Assembly: GCA_016715625.1 (NCBI GenBank)
Contig: JADJZU010000003.1
Coordinates: 67,292-131,291 of the forward strand
Origin: Bacteroidota bacterium
Lineage (GTDB): Bacteria > Bacteroidota > Bacteroidia > Chitinophagales > LD1
DNA: 64,000 nt
Direction of reading: 5' to 3'
In this document: piece after piece, positions 20,503 through 29,458 of the stretch
Numbering within the stretch: position 1 is the stretch's first letter
Layout: each line of letters starts with the position of its first letter
The notes under the pieces: generated by a model
The model's database searches: none
The model's input: only the letters and a program-made list of their open reading frames with translations
Told to the model about the DNA's origin: nothing
Position numbers and translations under genes: made by a program

Positions 20503-20637
20503 AAAATCAGTTCTCCCTTTTTTCTTTGATTCCATAATTGCATGCAAATAACTGTAACAATTTAACTGAGTTTAAAATCAGAAAGAGTAACCATATCAGG
20601 AAATTCAGGTAGATAATTGCCAATTAAAAAAAATACG

Positions 20638-21054
20638 ATGCATCCCATTGTCAAAAACATATTAGCGGTAGTTGCCGGACTCCTCATCGGTAGCACAATA
20701 AATATGAGCTTAATAATGGTAAGTGGTAACATTATTCCCCCACCGGCCGGTGCCGATATTACAACCGTTGAAGGCCTCAAAGCCAGTATACATCTGTTTA
20801 CACCTATCAACTTTCTATTCCCATTTTTGGCTCATGCGCTGGGCACTTTAGCTGGGTCTTTAGTGGCTGCTCGTTTTGCCGCTACAGGACGTTTAATAGC
20901 TGCACTGACTGTAGGATTCTTTTTCTTAGCCGGTGGCTCAGCCAATGTTTTGATGTTGCCATCACCCCTTTGGTTTGTAATAACCGATTTAGGGCTGGCT
21001 TATTTGCCCATGGCATACATCGGCTACAGATTAGGCGCACCAAAGGTTGCGTAA
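20638..21054 (+). CDS. small integral membrane protein, function unknown
   Basis: About 138 aa with 4 predicted hydrophobic helices. ATG at 20638; the ORF is open from a TTG at 20617. Confidence 0.55.
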   Translation: MHPIVKNILAVVAGLLIGSTINMSLIMVSGNIIPPPAGADITTVEGLKASIHLFTPINFLFPFLAHALGTLAGSLVAARFAATGRLIAALTVGFFFLAGGSANVLMLPSPLWFVITDLGLAYLPMAYIGYRLGAPKVA

Positions 21055-21111
21055 TCCGTAACCAACATGAGCAATTGCCATACTTGATTATATTCGCGCA
21101 ATCAATCAAGC

Positions 21112-21660
21112 ATGCAGCCTCGCCTCATTCTAGACAGCAAGAAATTTCAACTCACCGTTACGAGGCTTTGTCATCAGTTAATAGAACAGCACAAGGATTT
21201 TCATAACACTTGCATCATTGGTGTGCAACCGCGGGGAGTGCTCTTAGCCGAGCGCGTGGTAAAAACACTTGCACAGATTCTTAAAAAGAAGGATTTGGAA
21301 TACGGCAAGTTAGACATCACTTTTTATAGAGATGACTTTCGCCTCAAGGGCAAGCCGATGATTGCAGATGAAACCAGCATCGCTTTTAGCCTGGAAGGAA
21401 AAAACATTGTGTTGATAGACGATGTGTTATATACCGGGCGCACCATCCGCAGCGCCCTAGATGCCATGCTAGACTACGGCCGACCGGCCGATGTAGAGTT
21501 ATTGGTACTCATAGACCGAAGGTTACAGCGCCATCTTCCTATTCAAGCCAAGTATGCCGGTAAAATTATTGACTCCATAGCCGCTGAAAAAGTAAAGGTA
21601 GAGTGGAAAGAAACAGACGGACACGATAAAGTGTGGATAGTAGCCGACAAAAACGATTAA
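21112..21660 (+). CDS. pyrR: bifunctional pyrimidine operon regulator / uracil phosphoribosyltransferase
   Basis: PRPP-binding motif IVLIDDVLYTGRT, a size of 182 aa, and a position directly upstream of pyrB. Confidence 0.85.
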   Translation: MQPRLILDSKKFQLTVTRLCHQLIEQHKDFHNTCIIGVQPRGVLLAERVVKTLAQILKKKDLEYGKLDITFYRDDFRLKGKPMIADETSIAFSLEGKNIVLIDDVLYTGRTIRSALDAMLDYGRPADVELLVLIDRRLQRHLPIQAKYAGKIIDSIAAEKVKVEWKETDGHDKVWIVADKND

Positions 21661-21675
21661 ATCGAAATATAAAAT

Positions 21676-22602
21676 ATGAGCGCAATTAGTCAGAAACACC
21701 TCACCGCTATTAAACATCTTCAGGCTTCCGACATTGACCTCATTTTTCAAACAGCAGATAATTTCAAAGATATTCTGCAACGCCCCATTAAGAAAGTCCC
21801 CTCCCTTCGCGATATAACTATTGCTAATCTGTTTTTTGAAGATAGCACCCGGACCCGCATCTCATTTGAACTGGCCGAAAAAAGATTGAGTGCCGACACC
21901 ATTAACTTTTCGGCATCGGGTTCCTCCGTGAAGAAAGGAGAAACTCTGCTGGATACGGTCCGCAATATTTTAGCCATGAAAGTGGATATGATAGTAATGC
22001 GACACAGCAGCAGTGGCGCAGCAGAATTTGTGTCGCAGCACATACCTGCCAGTGTTATCAATGCAGGGGATGGCACACACGAACATCCAACACAAGGGCT
22101 TTTGGACGGTTACTCGGTTCGGGAAAAATTCAAAACACTCAAGGGGCTTAACTATCTCATCATTGGCGACATCAAACACTCTCGCGTGGCGGGCTCCGAT
22201 ATTCCTTTGATGCTTAAAATGGGCGCTAAGGTAAAAGTATGCGGTCCGCCAACCCTTGTTCCCAAGCACATTGCAGAGCTAGGTGTAACCTATGAACCCA
22301 ACCTGAAAAAAGCACTGGAATGGTGCGATGTAGCCAATGTATTACGTATACAATTGGAGCGCATGGATATTAAATTTATTCCTACGCTGCGCGAGTATTC
22401 TCTCTTTTATGGAGTGAATAAAGAATTGCTGGATTCGTTGCCGCGAAAAATCACCATTATGCACCCTGGTCCTATCAATCGTGGTGTGGAGTTGAACAGC
22501 GATGTAGCCGATTCTTCTCAATCCATCATTCTCCAGCAGGTGGAGAATGGAGTAGCCATTCGTATGGCGGTTTTATATCTGCTTGCCGACCGAAAAAACT
22601 AA
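21676..22602 (+). CDS. pyrB: aspartate carbamoyltransferase catalytic subunit
   Basis: STRTR motif (FEDSTRTRISFE), HPTQ motif (HEHPTQGLLD) and HPGP (IMHPGPINRG). Confidence 0.9.
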   Translation: MSAISQKHLTAIKHLQASDIDLIFQTADNFKDILQRPIKKVPSLRDITIANLFFEDSTRTRISFELAEKRLSADTINFSASGSSVKKGETLLDTVRNILAMKVDMIVMRHSSSGAAEFVSQHIPASVINAGDGTHEHPTQGLLDGYSVREKFKTLKGLNYLIIGDIKHSRVAGSDIPLMLKMGAKVKVCGPPTLVPKHIAELGVTYEPNLKKALEWCDVANVLRIQLERMDIKFIPTLREYSLFYGVNKELLDSLPRKITIMHPGPINRGVELNSDVADSSQSIILQQVENGVAIRMAVLYLLADRKN

Positions 22603-23470
22603 ACCCTAAAACCGTATCCGAATAATCTTTGGTAAACTCGTCTGACTTAAACGTGGGATTGATAACCAGATTATAAAACTCGTATCGTTCAAAAATGCCT
22701 TTATCATCAGTCATTTCCTGAAAAACGGGAAACAAGTTTTGCTTGTCTATATATAACACTGTCTTCTTGGCATAAGAAGTGGGTAGCTTTAACGTTTTCC
22801 CTCCCAAGTCTTCTTCAAAATGCTTTACTCCATTCAGTTCTACCATGCTGTATTCGGGTACCAAAAACTTTAACGCAACCGAATACATATTTTCTCCTTT
22901 CTGTGCCTTGTAAGTAGTATAGGTATAGGTAGGATCTTCTATAATAATTTTGTAACAAGCACGGTTATTCCATGTCACATCACCTACATATCTAAATACG
23001 GAATCAAACTTGCCTTGCGCATCCGCTTTGCGGACCCCCTCCGATATAATTTTGTTTACAATAGCAAAACCGGCACTCAACATAGTGTGATGCTGATCTT
23101 TGGTTACCAAACCATTAAACGGACTTAAGGTAACAGTAGGAATCATTTTGCCTGCGTTCACTAGTGCTTTATCGCCACGTTCTCCTTTTACATAAAGCAA
23201 TTCAGTCCCTTTATTGGGATCGGTTATCATTTTCATATAAGTCTTTTGCGGAGATACTGATACTTTGGTAAAAATATCCGCTGTGCGCAGCCCGCTCCGG
23301 CCCACCAATCTCTCACTACCCCGCATGGTGTAAGTGCTTCCTTTGTGCGATGCCATAGCGGCCAGCGATTTATTAATGATAGTCCGAGTCTGACTTTCCG
23401 GAGCCGGCTTAAATGCTACTATGGCAAAAAGAAAAACTGAAAGAACAGGCGGAATGATTTTCTTGAACAT
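22526..23470 (-). CDS. DUF1571-like secreted protein; the 3' end overlaps pyrB by 77 nt and may be misread
   Basis: Signal peptide and overall similarity in pattern to DUF1571 proteins. The last ~26 codons run antisense through the pyrB 3' end, while both alternative frames stop at 22599-22608. Confidence 0.55.
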   Translation of the reverse strand: MFKKIIPPVLSVFLFAIVAFKPAPESQTRTIINKSLAAMASHKGSTYTMRGSERLVGRSGLRTADIFTKVSVSPQKTYMKMITDPNKGTELLYVKGERGDKALVNAGKMIPTVTLSPFNGLVTKDQHHTMLSAGFAIVNKIISEGVRKADAQGKFDSVFRYVGDVTWNNRACYKIIIEDPTYTYTTYKAQKGENMYSVALKFLVPEYSMVELNGVKHFEEDLGGKTLKLPTSYAKKTVLYIDKQNLFPVFQEMTDDKGIFERYEFYNLVINPTFKSDEFTKDYSDTVLGFSFFGRQADIKPPYEWLLHSPPAGE

Positions 23471-23525
23471 GGATTAAGAGTTAAGTTTTAATTAAGATAG
23501 ACAAACACCGTGCCGATGGGAAAGT

Positions 23526-23990
23526 TTAGTACGCAACTCCCAGTTTTTTGTAAATAAAACTCATTAACCAAGCTGGTCCTATCATTAAAAATTGAAGGTC
23601 TTTTAAGAACGATGGTTTTGCCCCCTCCACCTTATGGCCGTAAAACTGAACTATCCAGGCCAATACAAAAATGACAACACAAACCAACCAAAGAGGCAAG
23701 CCCGCAGACTCTATAGCGTAGCAAGCCGCAGCACATACCGCAGAGAAAACAAACATTCCTATCCACAAAGTGCGGGAAAGAGAAAAATAATAGACCGTAA
23801 CCCCCAGCAACATAATAACCGCCAGATTTAGCGGAAACTCATCAGTCAATTGCACCGGAAGTTTCACACTGTAAAACAGGCCTGTGATACTGAAAAAAAT
23901 CAAAGGGACACATATCCAGTGAATGAGTTTGTTGGTAGGATTCTGATGGCTTACGCCATATTCATCGAGCCAGGTCTGTATAGATTTCAT
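23526..23990 (-). CDS. DUF962 (Mpo1/YGL010w-like) membrane protein
   Basis: N-terminal WLDEYGVSHQNPTNKLIHWICVP and about 4 TM helices, characteristic of DUF962. Confidence 0.7.
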   Translation of the reverse strand: MKSIQTWLDEYGVSHQNPTNKLIHWICVPLIFFSITGLFYSVKLPVQLTDEFPLNLAVIMLLGVTVYYFSLSRTLWIGMFVFSAVCAAACYAIESAGLPLWLVCVVIFVLAWIVQFYGHKVEGAKPSFLKDLQFLMIGPAWLMSFIYKKLGVAY

Positions 23991-24053
23991 GTTTAATTAT
24001 TTCGCGCCAAAATAGATTTTATTGGAAATAGTTTTGGGTTCAGTGATAAGTAC

Positions 24054-24061
24054 TATTTTTG
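24054..24061 (+). promoter_or_regulatory. -7 promoter box TATTTTTG upstream of the 24085 gene
   Basis: Exact TAnnTTTG, 23 nt before the ATG at 24085. Confidence 0.4.
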
Positions 24062-24084
24062 AAACCAGGTCAATTCACTTTTTC

Positions 24085-25557
24085 ATGCAAAAATTAGTTT
24101 TACTATTAGTCGCATCCTTGCTGTTCATCGCGGATGGATTTTCACAAGTTGGTATCAATATTCTAATTCCGGACAGCAGTGCCGTTCTGCAGTTGGAAAG
24201 TGACAAAAAGGGACTGGGGCTTTCCCGCCTCACCACGCCACAGCGCGATGCAATCACCAATCCACTAAAAGGATTAACCATTTTCAACACCACGGACAGT
24301 TTAATTGAATACTGGAATGGAGAATGCTGGCTGAAAGCTTACCAAAAAAACTGTAATGAGTGCGCTTTTACAATGACTATTGATGACCCTACCGATACGC
24401 TTGACCGAGTGATTACCGATACGGTCAGTTCCAAAATAACAATTAACCAGACCAATGGCAACCAGGATATTTCTATCATTTACTTAGCTTCTCTGCCGCA
24501 AGGAGTGAGCGTGTATTTCAATGGGAACACAACCATCGATAGTGCTGGTAGCGTAGAGATAGTGGTAAAAGCTGATTTATGTGCACCGGTAGGTGGCAAT
24601 TACCCAATTATAATACAAGCCTTTTGCGGAGATAAAATCCGTTTCCTTTCCTACAATGTCTATATCAGAGGGCCTCAGCAGTTCACCATCCCCACCGACC
24701 AGTTGAACTATGATTTGCAAGCTATCAACAACTTGCCCAACAGCCCTGCACAATATTTAATCTTAAACATTAATAGCGGAGTAGAAATAAAATCTGCATC
24801 CACCGCTAATCCGGCATATACCACCGGTGGCATTGATGCTGCATCTTTAGTTTGCATCAACAATAATGGAGCGGTATTGGGCCGTGGTGGCGATGGTGGT
24901 TCGTTTACCTTTAATGGAAACCTGTTTGTGATTGGAGGTGAAGCCGGTAAAATAGGTGGTGTGGCCATGGACCTCACTTCCAGAACGATTTTGACCAATA
25001 ATGGTGCAGTTTATGGTGGTGGAAGTGGCGGTGGCTCGGTTGGCTTTGCCATCGGCACACCAAGTATTCCCATCATTGGTTCCATCGTTGTAGGTTTTGG
25101 TTTCTGCGGTGGTGGTGGATCCGAATCGGGTCTTGGAGGAGTTACCAATGGGGGCGGTATTACCATTGGTTTGTTCGAAGATGGAGGCGATGCCACCTGC
25201 TGCGCCAGTTCACTACCTGGTCTGGGACAAGATGCAATTTATCCTATCAACATTCCCATCAGCATTGCGCAAATCAACATTACACCTGATGCACACGGTG
25301 GTGATGGCGGGGCTTTTGGCCAACAAGGAACGCAAGGATATATAGACGTGTCTATGGAAGTTTGTGTCAATATTCCCATCATTGGTCAAATATGTATTCC
25401 TATTCCCATCAGTCAGTTGTTAGGCGGGCTTCTTCCATTTTATGGTCCCCAGTCTGATTTGCCTGGGAATGCCATTAAACGCAACAACAATCCACTTACA
25501 GGTATAGTTGATGGCAACTACAACGGAGCACAAGTAAAAGGAAGAGTGGGCAATTAA
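24085..25557 (+). CDS. secreted glycine-rich protein of unknown function
   Basis: Signal peptide after M22 of ORF 24022..25557 (MQKLVLLLVASLLFIADGFSQ). Conserved head GINILIPDSSAVLQLESDKKGLGLSRLTTPQRDAI...FNTTD...YWNGECW. Later Gly-rich segments (NNGAVLGRGGDGGS, NNGAVYGGGSGGGS). No T9SS CTD recognised. Confidence 0.65.
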   Translation: MQKLVLLLVASLLFIADGFSQVGINILIPDSSAVLQLESDKKGLGLSRLTTPQRDAITNPLKGLTIFNTTDSLIEYWNGECWLKAYQKNCNECAFTMTIDDPTDTLDRVITDTVSSKITINQTNGNQDISIIYLASLPQGVSVYFNGNTTIDSAGSVEIVVKADLCAPVGGNYPIIIQAFCGDKIRFLSYNVYIRGPQQFTIPTDQLNYDLQAINNLPNSPAQYLILNINSGVEIKSASTANPAYTTGGIDAASLVCINNNGAVLGRGGDGGSFTFNGNLFVIGGEAGKIGGVAMDLTSRTILTNNGAVYGGGSGGGSVGFAIGTPSIPIIGSIVVGFGFCGGGGSESGLGGVTNGGGITIGLFEDGGDATCCASSLPGLGQDAIYPINIPISIAQINITPDAHGGDGGAFGQQGTQGYIDVSMEVCVNIPIIGQICIPIPISQLLGGLLPFYGPQSDLPGNAIKRNNNPLTGIVDGNYNGAQVKGRVGN

Positions 25558-25588
25558 ATTTTAAAGTATTTTATAAAGTTAATTCATC

Positions 25589-26231
25589 ATGAAAAGAAAT
25601 CTGGTTCTCTTGTTTATGGCCGCGGTGGTTACGCTAAATGCCCAAAAAGGTGTTATTCTGGAACAAAAGATGACCGCTAAAAATCTACCGGGCAAAACGA
25701 TATCTGTTACCTGGTTTAGTCACTAACACATCCTGCAAATTGAAGATGCAATTTCCTGAAGCTAAGGGAGTATCTCACTTTATTCCTGATTTAAAGGCAG
25801 GCATGCTTTATACGTATAATGACGGTCCTACACCTGATGGCGTTAAGAAATCATTTTTCGCTGCCTCGCTCGATAAGATTCAATCCTCCAACGAAACAGC
25901 GGTTTCGCGTATAGTAGTAAAGCAAACCGGAGAGACAAAGGATATAGGCGGGTTTAAATGCGAAAAAATTATTGCTTCTACCTCCAAAGGTGATACCGAA
26001 ATGTGGGTGACTAAAGATTTCAAACCTGAGTTCTACAAATACGAAGCCTTCTTCAAAAGCAACTGGGAAATGATGGCACTGCGGGAAGAAAGGATTAAAG
26101 GCCTCCCCCTTTCTTCCGTTACAAAAGATGCAGCCGGTAATGTTTTGAACGCCTACGAATTTGTTAGCATAACGTCCACCGATATTTCTGAAACAGAGTT
26201 CAGCGTTCCCGCAGCTTATTCCCAATATTAA
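25589..26231 (+). pseudogene. DUF4412-like secreted protein, frameshifted after the signal peptide region
   Basis: ATG 25589 gives MKRNLVLLFMAAVVTLNAQ...TISVTWF, then a stop at 25724. Skipping one base at 25715-25719 joins it to VTNTSCKLKMQFPE... (ORF 25740..26231). Confidence 0.65.
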
Positions 26232-26457
26232 TAACTACATATTGTCTGCATTGCACAGACGACTGAAGAAGGACAAGCATTTGGGTGTTTGTCTTTTTTT
26301 ATTTACACCACACGTGCTTAAGTAGATAATTGAGGGGGCAAATATTCGCAGATGTGGGGTGTCCTGTTGTATGATTGCTGTGTCAAAGAGAGACACACAC
26401 ATTCATTCAACATTCCTGATTGTTGGACAAAACAATTCGGACACAAAAACAAAGGAC

Positions 26458-28101
26458 ATGGAACCAATTTTTCAATTTGAACTTCCAAAAGAGCAAAGCT
26501 CTATTATTAAAGTATTTGGAGTTGGCGGTGGTGGCAGCAACGCTGTAAATCACATGTTTGACCAAGGCATTGCCGGTGTAAATTTCGTAGTGTTGAACAC
26601 CGATGCGCAGGCTCTTGAAATGAGTCGCATACCCAACAAAATTCAACTGGGCCCTGCTTCCACCCAAGGTTTGGGTGCCGGAGCTAACCCTACCGTGGGG
26701 GAACGTGCAGCCGAAGAAAGCATTGATGCTATAAAGGAATTACTGAATATGAATACCAAAATGGTATTTATTACGGCTGGTATGGGCGGAGGTACCGGTA
26801 CCGGAGCTGCACCTGTGGTAGCTCGCATTGCCCGCGAAATGGGAATATTAACCGTAGGAATTGTAACCACTCCTTTCTGGTTTGAAGGCAAAGGAAGATA
26901 TAACTCTGCCACAGAAGGCTTGGCAAAGTTGAAAGAGAACGTAGACACCTTACTTATTATCAATAACGATAGAATACGTGAAATGTACGGCAACCTTAAG
27001 CGTGCAGAAGCTTTTGGACATGCTAATAATATATTGACCACAGCGGCTAAGGCCATTTCCGAAATTATTACTATGCCGGGCGAAATCAACGTGGACTTTG
27101 CTGATGTGCAAACGGTAATGAAAAACGGAGGCTCTGCCATTATGGGTTGCGCCACAGCCGAAGGCGATGGCCGCGCGTTGAGTGCAGCACGCGGTGCGCT
27201 GAACTCACCACTATTAAATGACAGCGAAATTCGCGGAGCGAGAAAAGTGTTGGTGAACATTACCACCGGAGCCAACCAGGTGACTATGGATGAGATTGGT
27301 GAGATTATGGAATACGTGCAAGACGCAGCTGGCAGCACAGATATTATTCTGGGAGCTTGCGATGATGCTTCATTAGGCGAAAAATTATCGGTTACAATTA
27401 TTGCTACTGGCTTTGAAGCCGGCAATAAACAAGAATTTGTAATACAAAAAGTAAGGAAAGTATATGAATTGACTGATAAGCTAGTTGATAACCAACAGCC
27501 AGCGTTCACTGAGCCGGTTGTGCTACAAAATGAACCAGCCATAACAGTTACTATAGAGGAACCGGAAGTAAAAACACCCGAAACTACAGAAACAGTTGTT
27601 CTCGCAGAGCAAAGCACGCTGGACCTGTTTGCGGTAACCGATGTTCAGGAAACCGTGACAACTGATAATACCATTGAGTTTGAGGTAACGAAAGAAGAAC
27701 AGGTATTAAATGAAGAGGAAGAGGAACTGCTGTTAACCACAGAAGTGGTGCAAGAAAAAGTTACTCCTGTAGTCAGTGAAACTAAAGAAGATGATTTCGT
27801 TGTATACACTGTTAAAAGTTACGAAACGAGCGAGTCGGTTACAGTAACCGGAAGCACCATGGAAAGAGAATTGGAAGACAGGAAGAAAGTGCTGGCTGGA
27901 TTAAGCTATAAAATCAGCTCGAAGCAGCATCTCACCGATTTAGAAAATGAACCTGCTTATAAAAGAAAAGGAGTATCGCTGGATGGTGAAAATAGCTACT
28001 CTACGGCTACTGAAATGTCGCGCTTTGCAGTAGGGAATGACGAATTAGGAAGACCTGAAATCAATCAAAAGAACCCATTTCTACATGACAATGTAGATTA
28101 A
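26458..28101 (+). CDS. ftsZ: cell division GTPase FtsZ with a long acidic C-terminal linker
   Basis: IKVFGVGGGGSNAVNHM, the tubulin signature GMGGGTGTGAAP, NTDAQAL, and the C-terminal conserved peptide. Start chosen at MEPIFQFE (ATG 26458). Confidence 0.92.
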   Translation: MEPIFQFELPKEQSSIIKVFGVGGGGSNAVNHMFDQGIAGVNFVVLNTDAQALEMSRIPNKIQLGPASTQGLGAGANPTVGERAAEESIDAIKELLNMNTKMVFITAGMGGGTGTGAAPVVARIAREMGILTVGIVTTPFWFEGKGRYNSATEGLAKLKENVDTLLIINNDRIREMYGNLKRAEAFGHANNILTTAAKAISEIITMPGEINVDFADVQTVMKNGGSAIMGCATAEGDGRALSAARGALNSPLLNDSEIRGARKVLVNITTGANQVTMDEIGEIMEYVQDAAGSTDIILGACDDASLGEKLSVTIIATGFEAGNKQEFVIQKVRKVYELTDKLVDNQQPAFTEPVVLQNEPAITVTIEEPEVKTPETTETVVLAEQSTLDLFAVTDVQETVTTDNTIEFEVTKEEQVLNEEEEELLLTTEVVQEKVTPVVSETKEDDFVVYTVKSYETSESVTVTGSTMERELEDRKKVLAGLSYKISSKQHLTDLENEPAYKRKGVSLDGENSYSTATEMSRFAVGNDELGRPEINQKNPFLHDNVD

Positions 28102-28130
28102 AGAATCTCTCCTTTGTTAGTGTGTGTCCA

Positions 28131-28162
28131 AAAACTCCCGGGTTCTCAGCCCGGGTTTTTTT
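28131..28162. terminator. bidirectional rho-independent terminator between ftsZ and the convergent phosphoesterase gene
   Basis: AAAAACT-CCCGGG-ttctcag-CCCGGG-TTTTTTT. The hairpin is flanked by an A-run and a T-run, so it works on either strand. Confidence 0.75.
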
Positions 28163-29402
28163 ATGCCTTGTGCAATGTAATCTCAGCTACTTCGGGCAGG
28201 ATGCCAATTCGTCCCGGATAAAACAAAAAGCCAAAACCGCGATTTACATACAAGTATTGTTTGCCTTCCTGGTATAAGCCGGCCCATTGCTTATATAAAT
28301 ATTTCGAAGGGCTCCACTTCAACCATTTATTTTCCACTCCAAACTGCGCTCCATGAGTATGCCCGCTAAACATTAAATCAATGTCCGGAAAATCTTTGCG
28401 GACTTTTTCATCCCAATGTGAAGGATCGTGGCTTAGTAAAATCTTGAATGAAGATGATTCGACACCTTCATACGCTTTCTCCAGTTTACCGTATTTTGCA
28501 AAACGCCCTTTACCCCAATTCTCCACTCCTATTACGCTGATGTGCTCACCGTCTTTTTCAATCTTCCTGTTCTCGTTCATCAATAAATCCCAACCCATAG
28601 ACCGATGAACATCCATAAACTGTTTGAAATTTTCAGCTTTCTCAGTCATACTATTCCACTGCACATAATCTCCATAGTCATGGTTACCGGTAATGGAAAT
28701 AACACCATGAATCGCTTTTAACTGCCCGAAAATCTCGCGGTATTCATCCATTTCAGAAGCTACATTATTTACCAAGTCTCCTGTAAAAATGATGAGATCC
28801 GGATTTTGGGCATTGATTTTTTTAACGACTTCAATGATTGGTTCTTTACGTGAGAAACTACCCGCATGTATATCGCTCAACTGAATAATTTTAAATCCAT
28901 CAAACGCAGCAGGCAGATTAGAAAATCGTATAGCGGTTCTTCTAAACTTGTAGTTGTAGGCATTTGCAACTACTCCATACATCAACGTTGCTGCTGGTAT
29001 GGCAGCCGTAGCCAACGCTACTTTACTTAAAAATTCGCTTCGCGAAATGCCTGTAGCCGGAGCGGGCTGAGTAGAAAATTTTGCAATAACCAGTTGAACA
29101 CCGCGAACAATATCTTCCGGAAATAAGAACAGCAATACAATCAATTTAGAAATGGCTAATACCACAAAACCAGTAGTGAACAAGGTTCCTACCTCGCGCG
29201 GCATGTATCGATAAAGAAAGAACCGCCAAGTGAACATGACAAAAAACAATAGCAGAGTAAGCCCCCAGTAGATCCATCTGGCGCGATATAAATTGGCTGG
29301 ATTTATAATTGTTTTTATCGACTGCCATCCGTAAAACTCAATAGCGGCATACAGTGATATAAAGAGAATCGGTGCAAGCATTTTAAGAGTATTTAGGAAC
29401 AT
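28161..29402 (-). CDS. membrane-anchored metallophosphoesterase (YkuE/calcineurin-like)
   Basis: N-terminal TM helices, then the DIH, GDLV, GNHD and SGHTHG phosphoesterase motifs. Confidence 0.8.
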   Translation of the reverse strand: MFLNTLKMLAPILFISLYAAIEFYGWQSIKTIINPANLYRARWIYWGLTLLLFFVMFTWRFFLYRYMPREVGTLFTTGFVVLAISKLIVLLFLFPEDIVRGVQLVIAKFSTQPAPATGISRSEFLSKVALATAAIPAATLMYGVVANAYNYKFRRTAIRFSNLPAAFDGFKIIQLSDIHAGSFSRKEPIIEVVKKINAQNPDLIIFTGDLVNNVASEMDEYREIFGQLKAIHGVISITGNHDYGDYVQWNSMTEKAENFKQFMDVHRSMGWDLLMNENRKIEKDGEHISVIGVENWGKGRFAKYGKLEKAYEGVESSSFKILLSHDPSHWDEKVRKDFPDIDLMFSGHTHGAQFGVENKWLKWSPSKYLYKQWAGLYQEGKQYLYVNRGFGFLFYPGRIGILPEVAEITLHKA

Positions 29403-29458
29403 AAGGCATAAAACTATGTCTCATGTCACGAACAAGTCGGCAAAATATTTGAAATTCG

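Noticed and set aside
26643-27617. 324-aa ORF antisense to ftsZ
   Set aside because: It lies entirely within the very well-supported ftsZ CDS. Its product is low-complexity (S/A/T/P/V-rich), as expected from the reverse complement of Gly/Ala/Thr-rich codons, and it has no start context or motifs.
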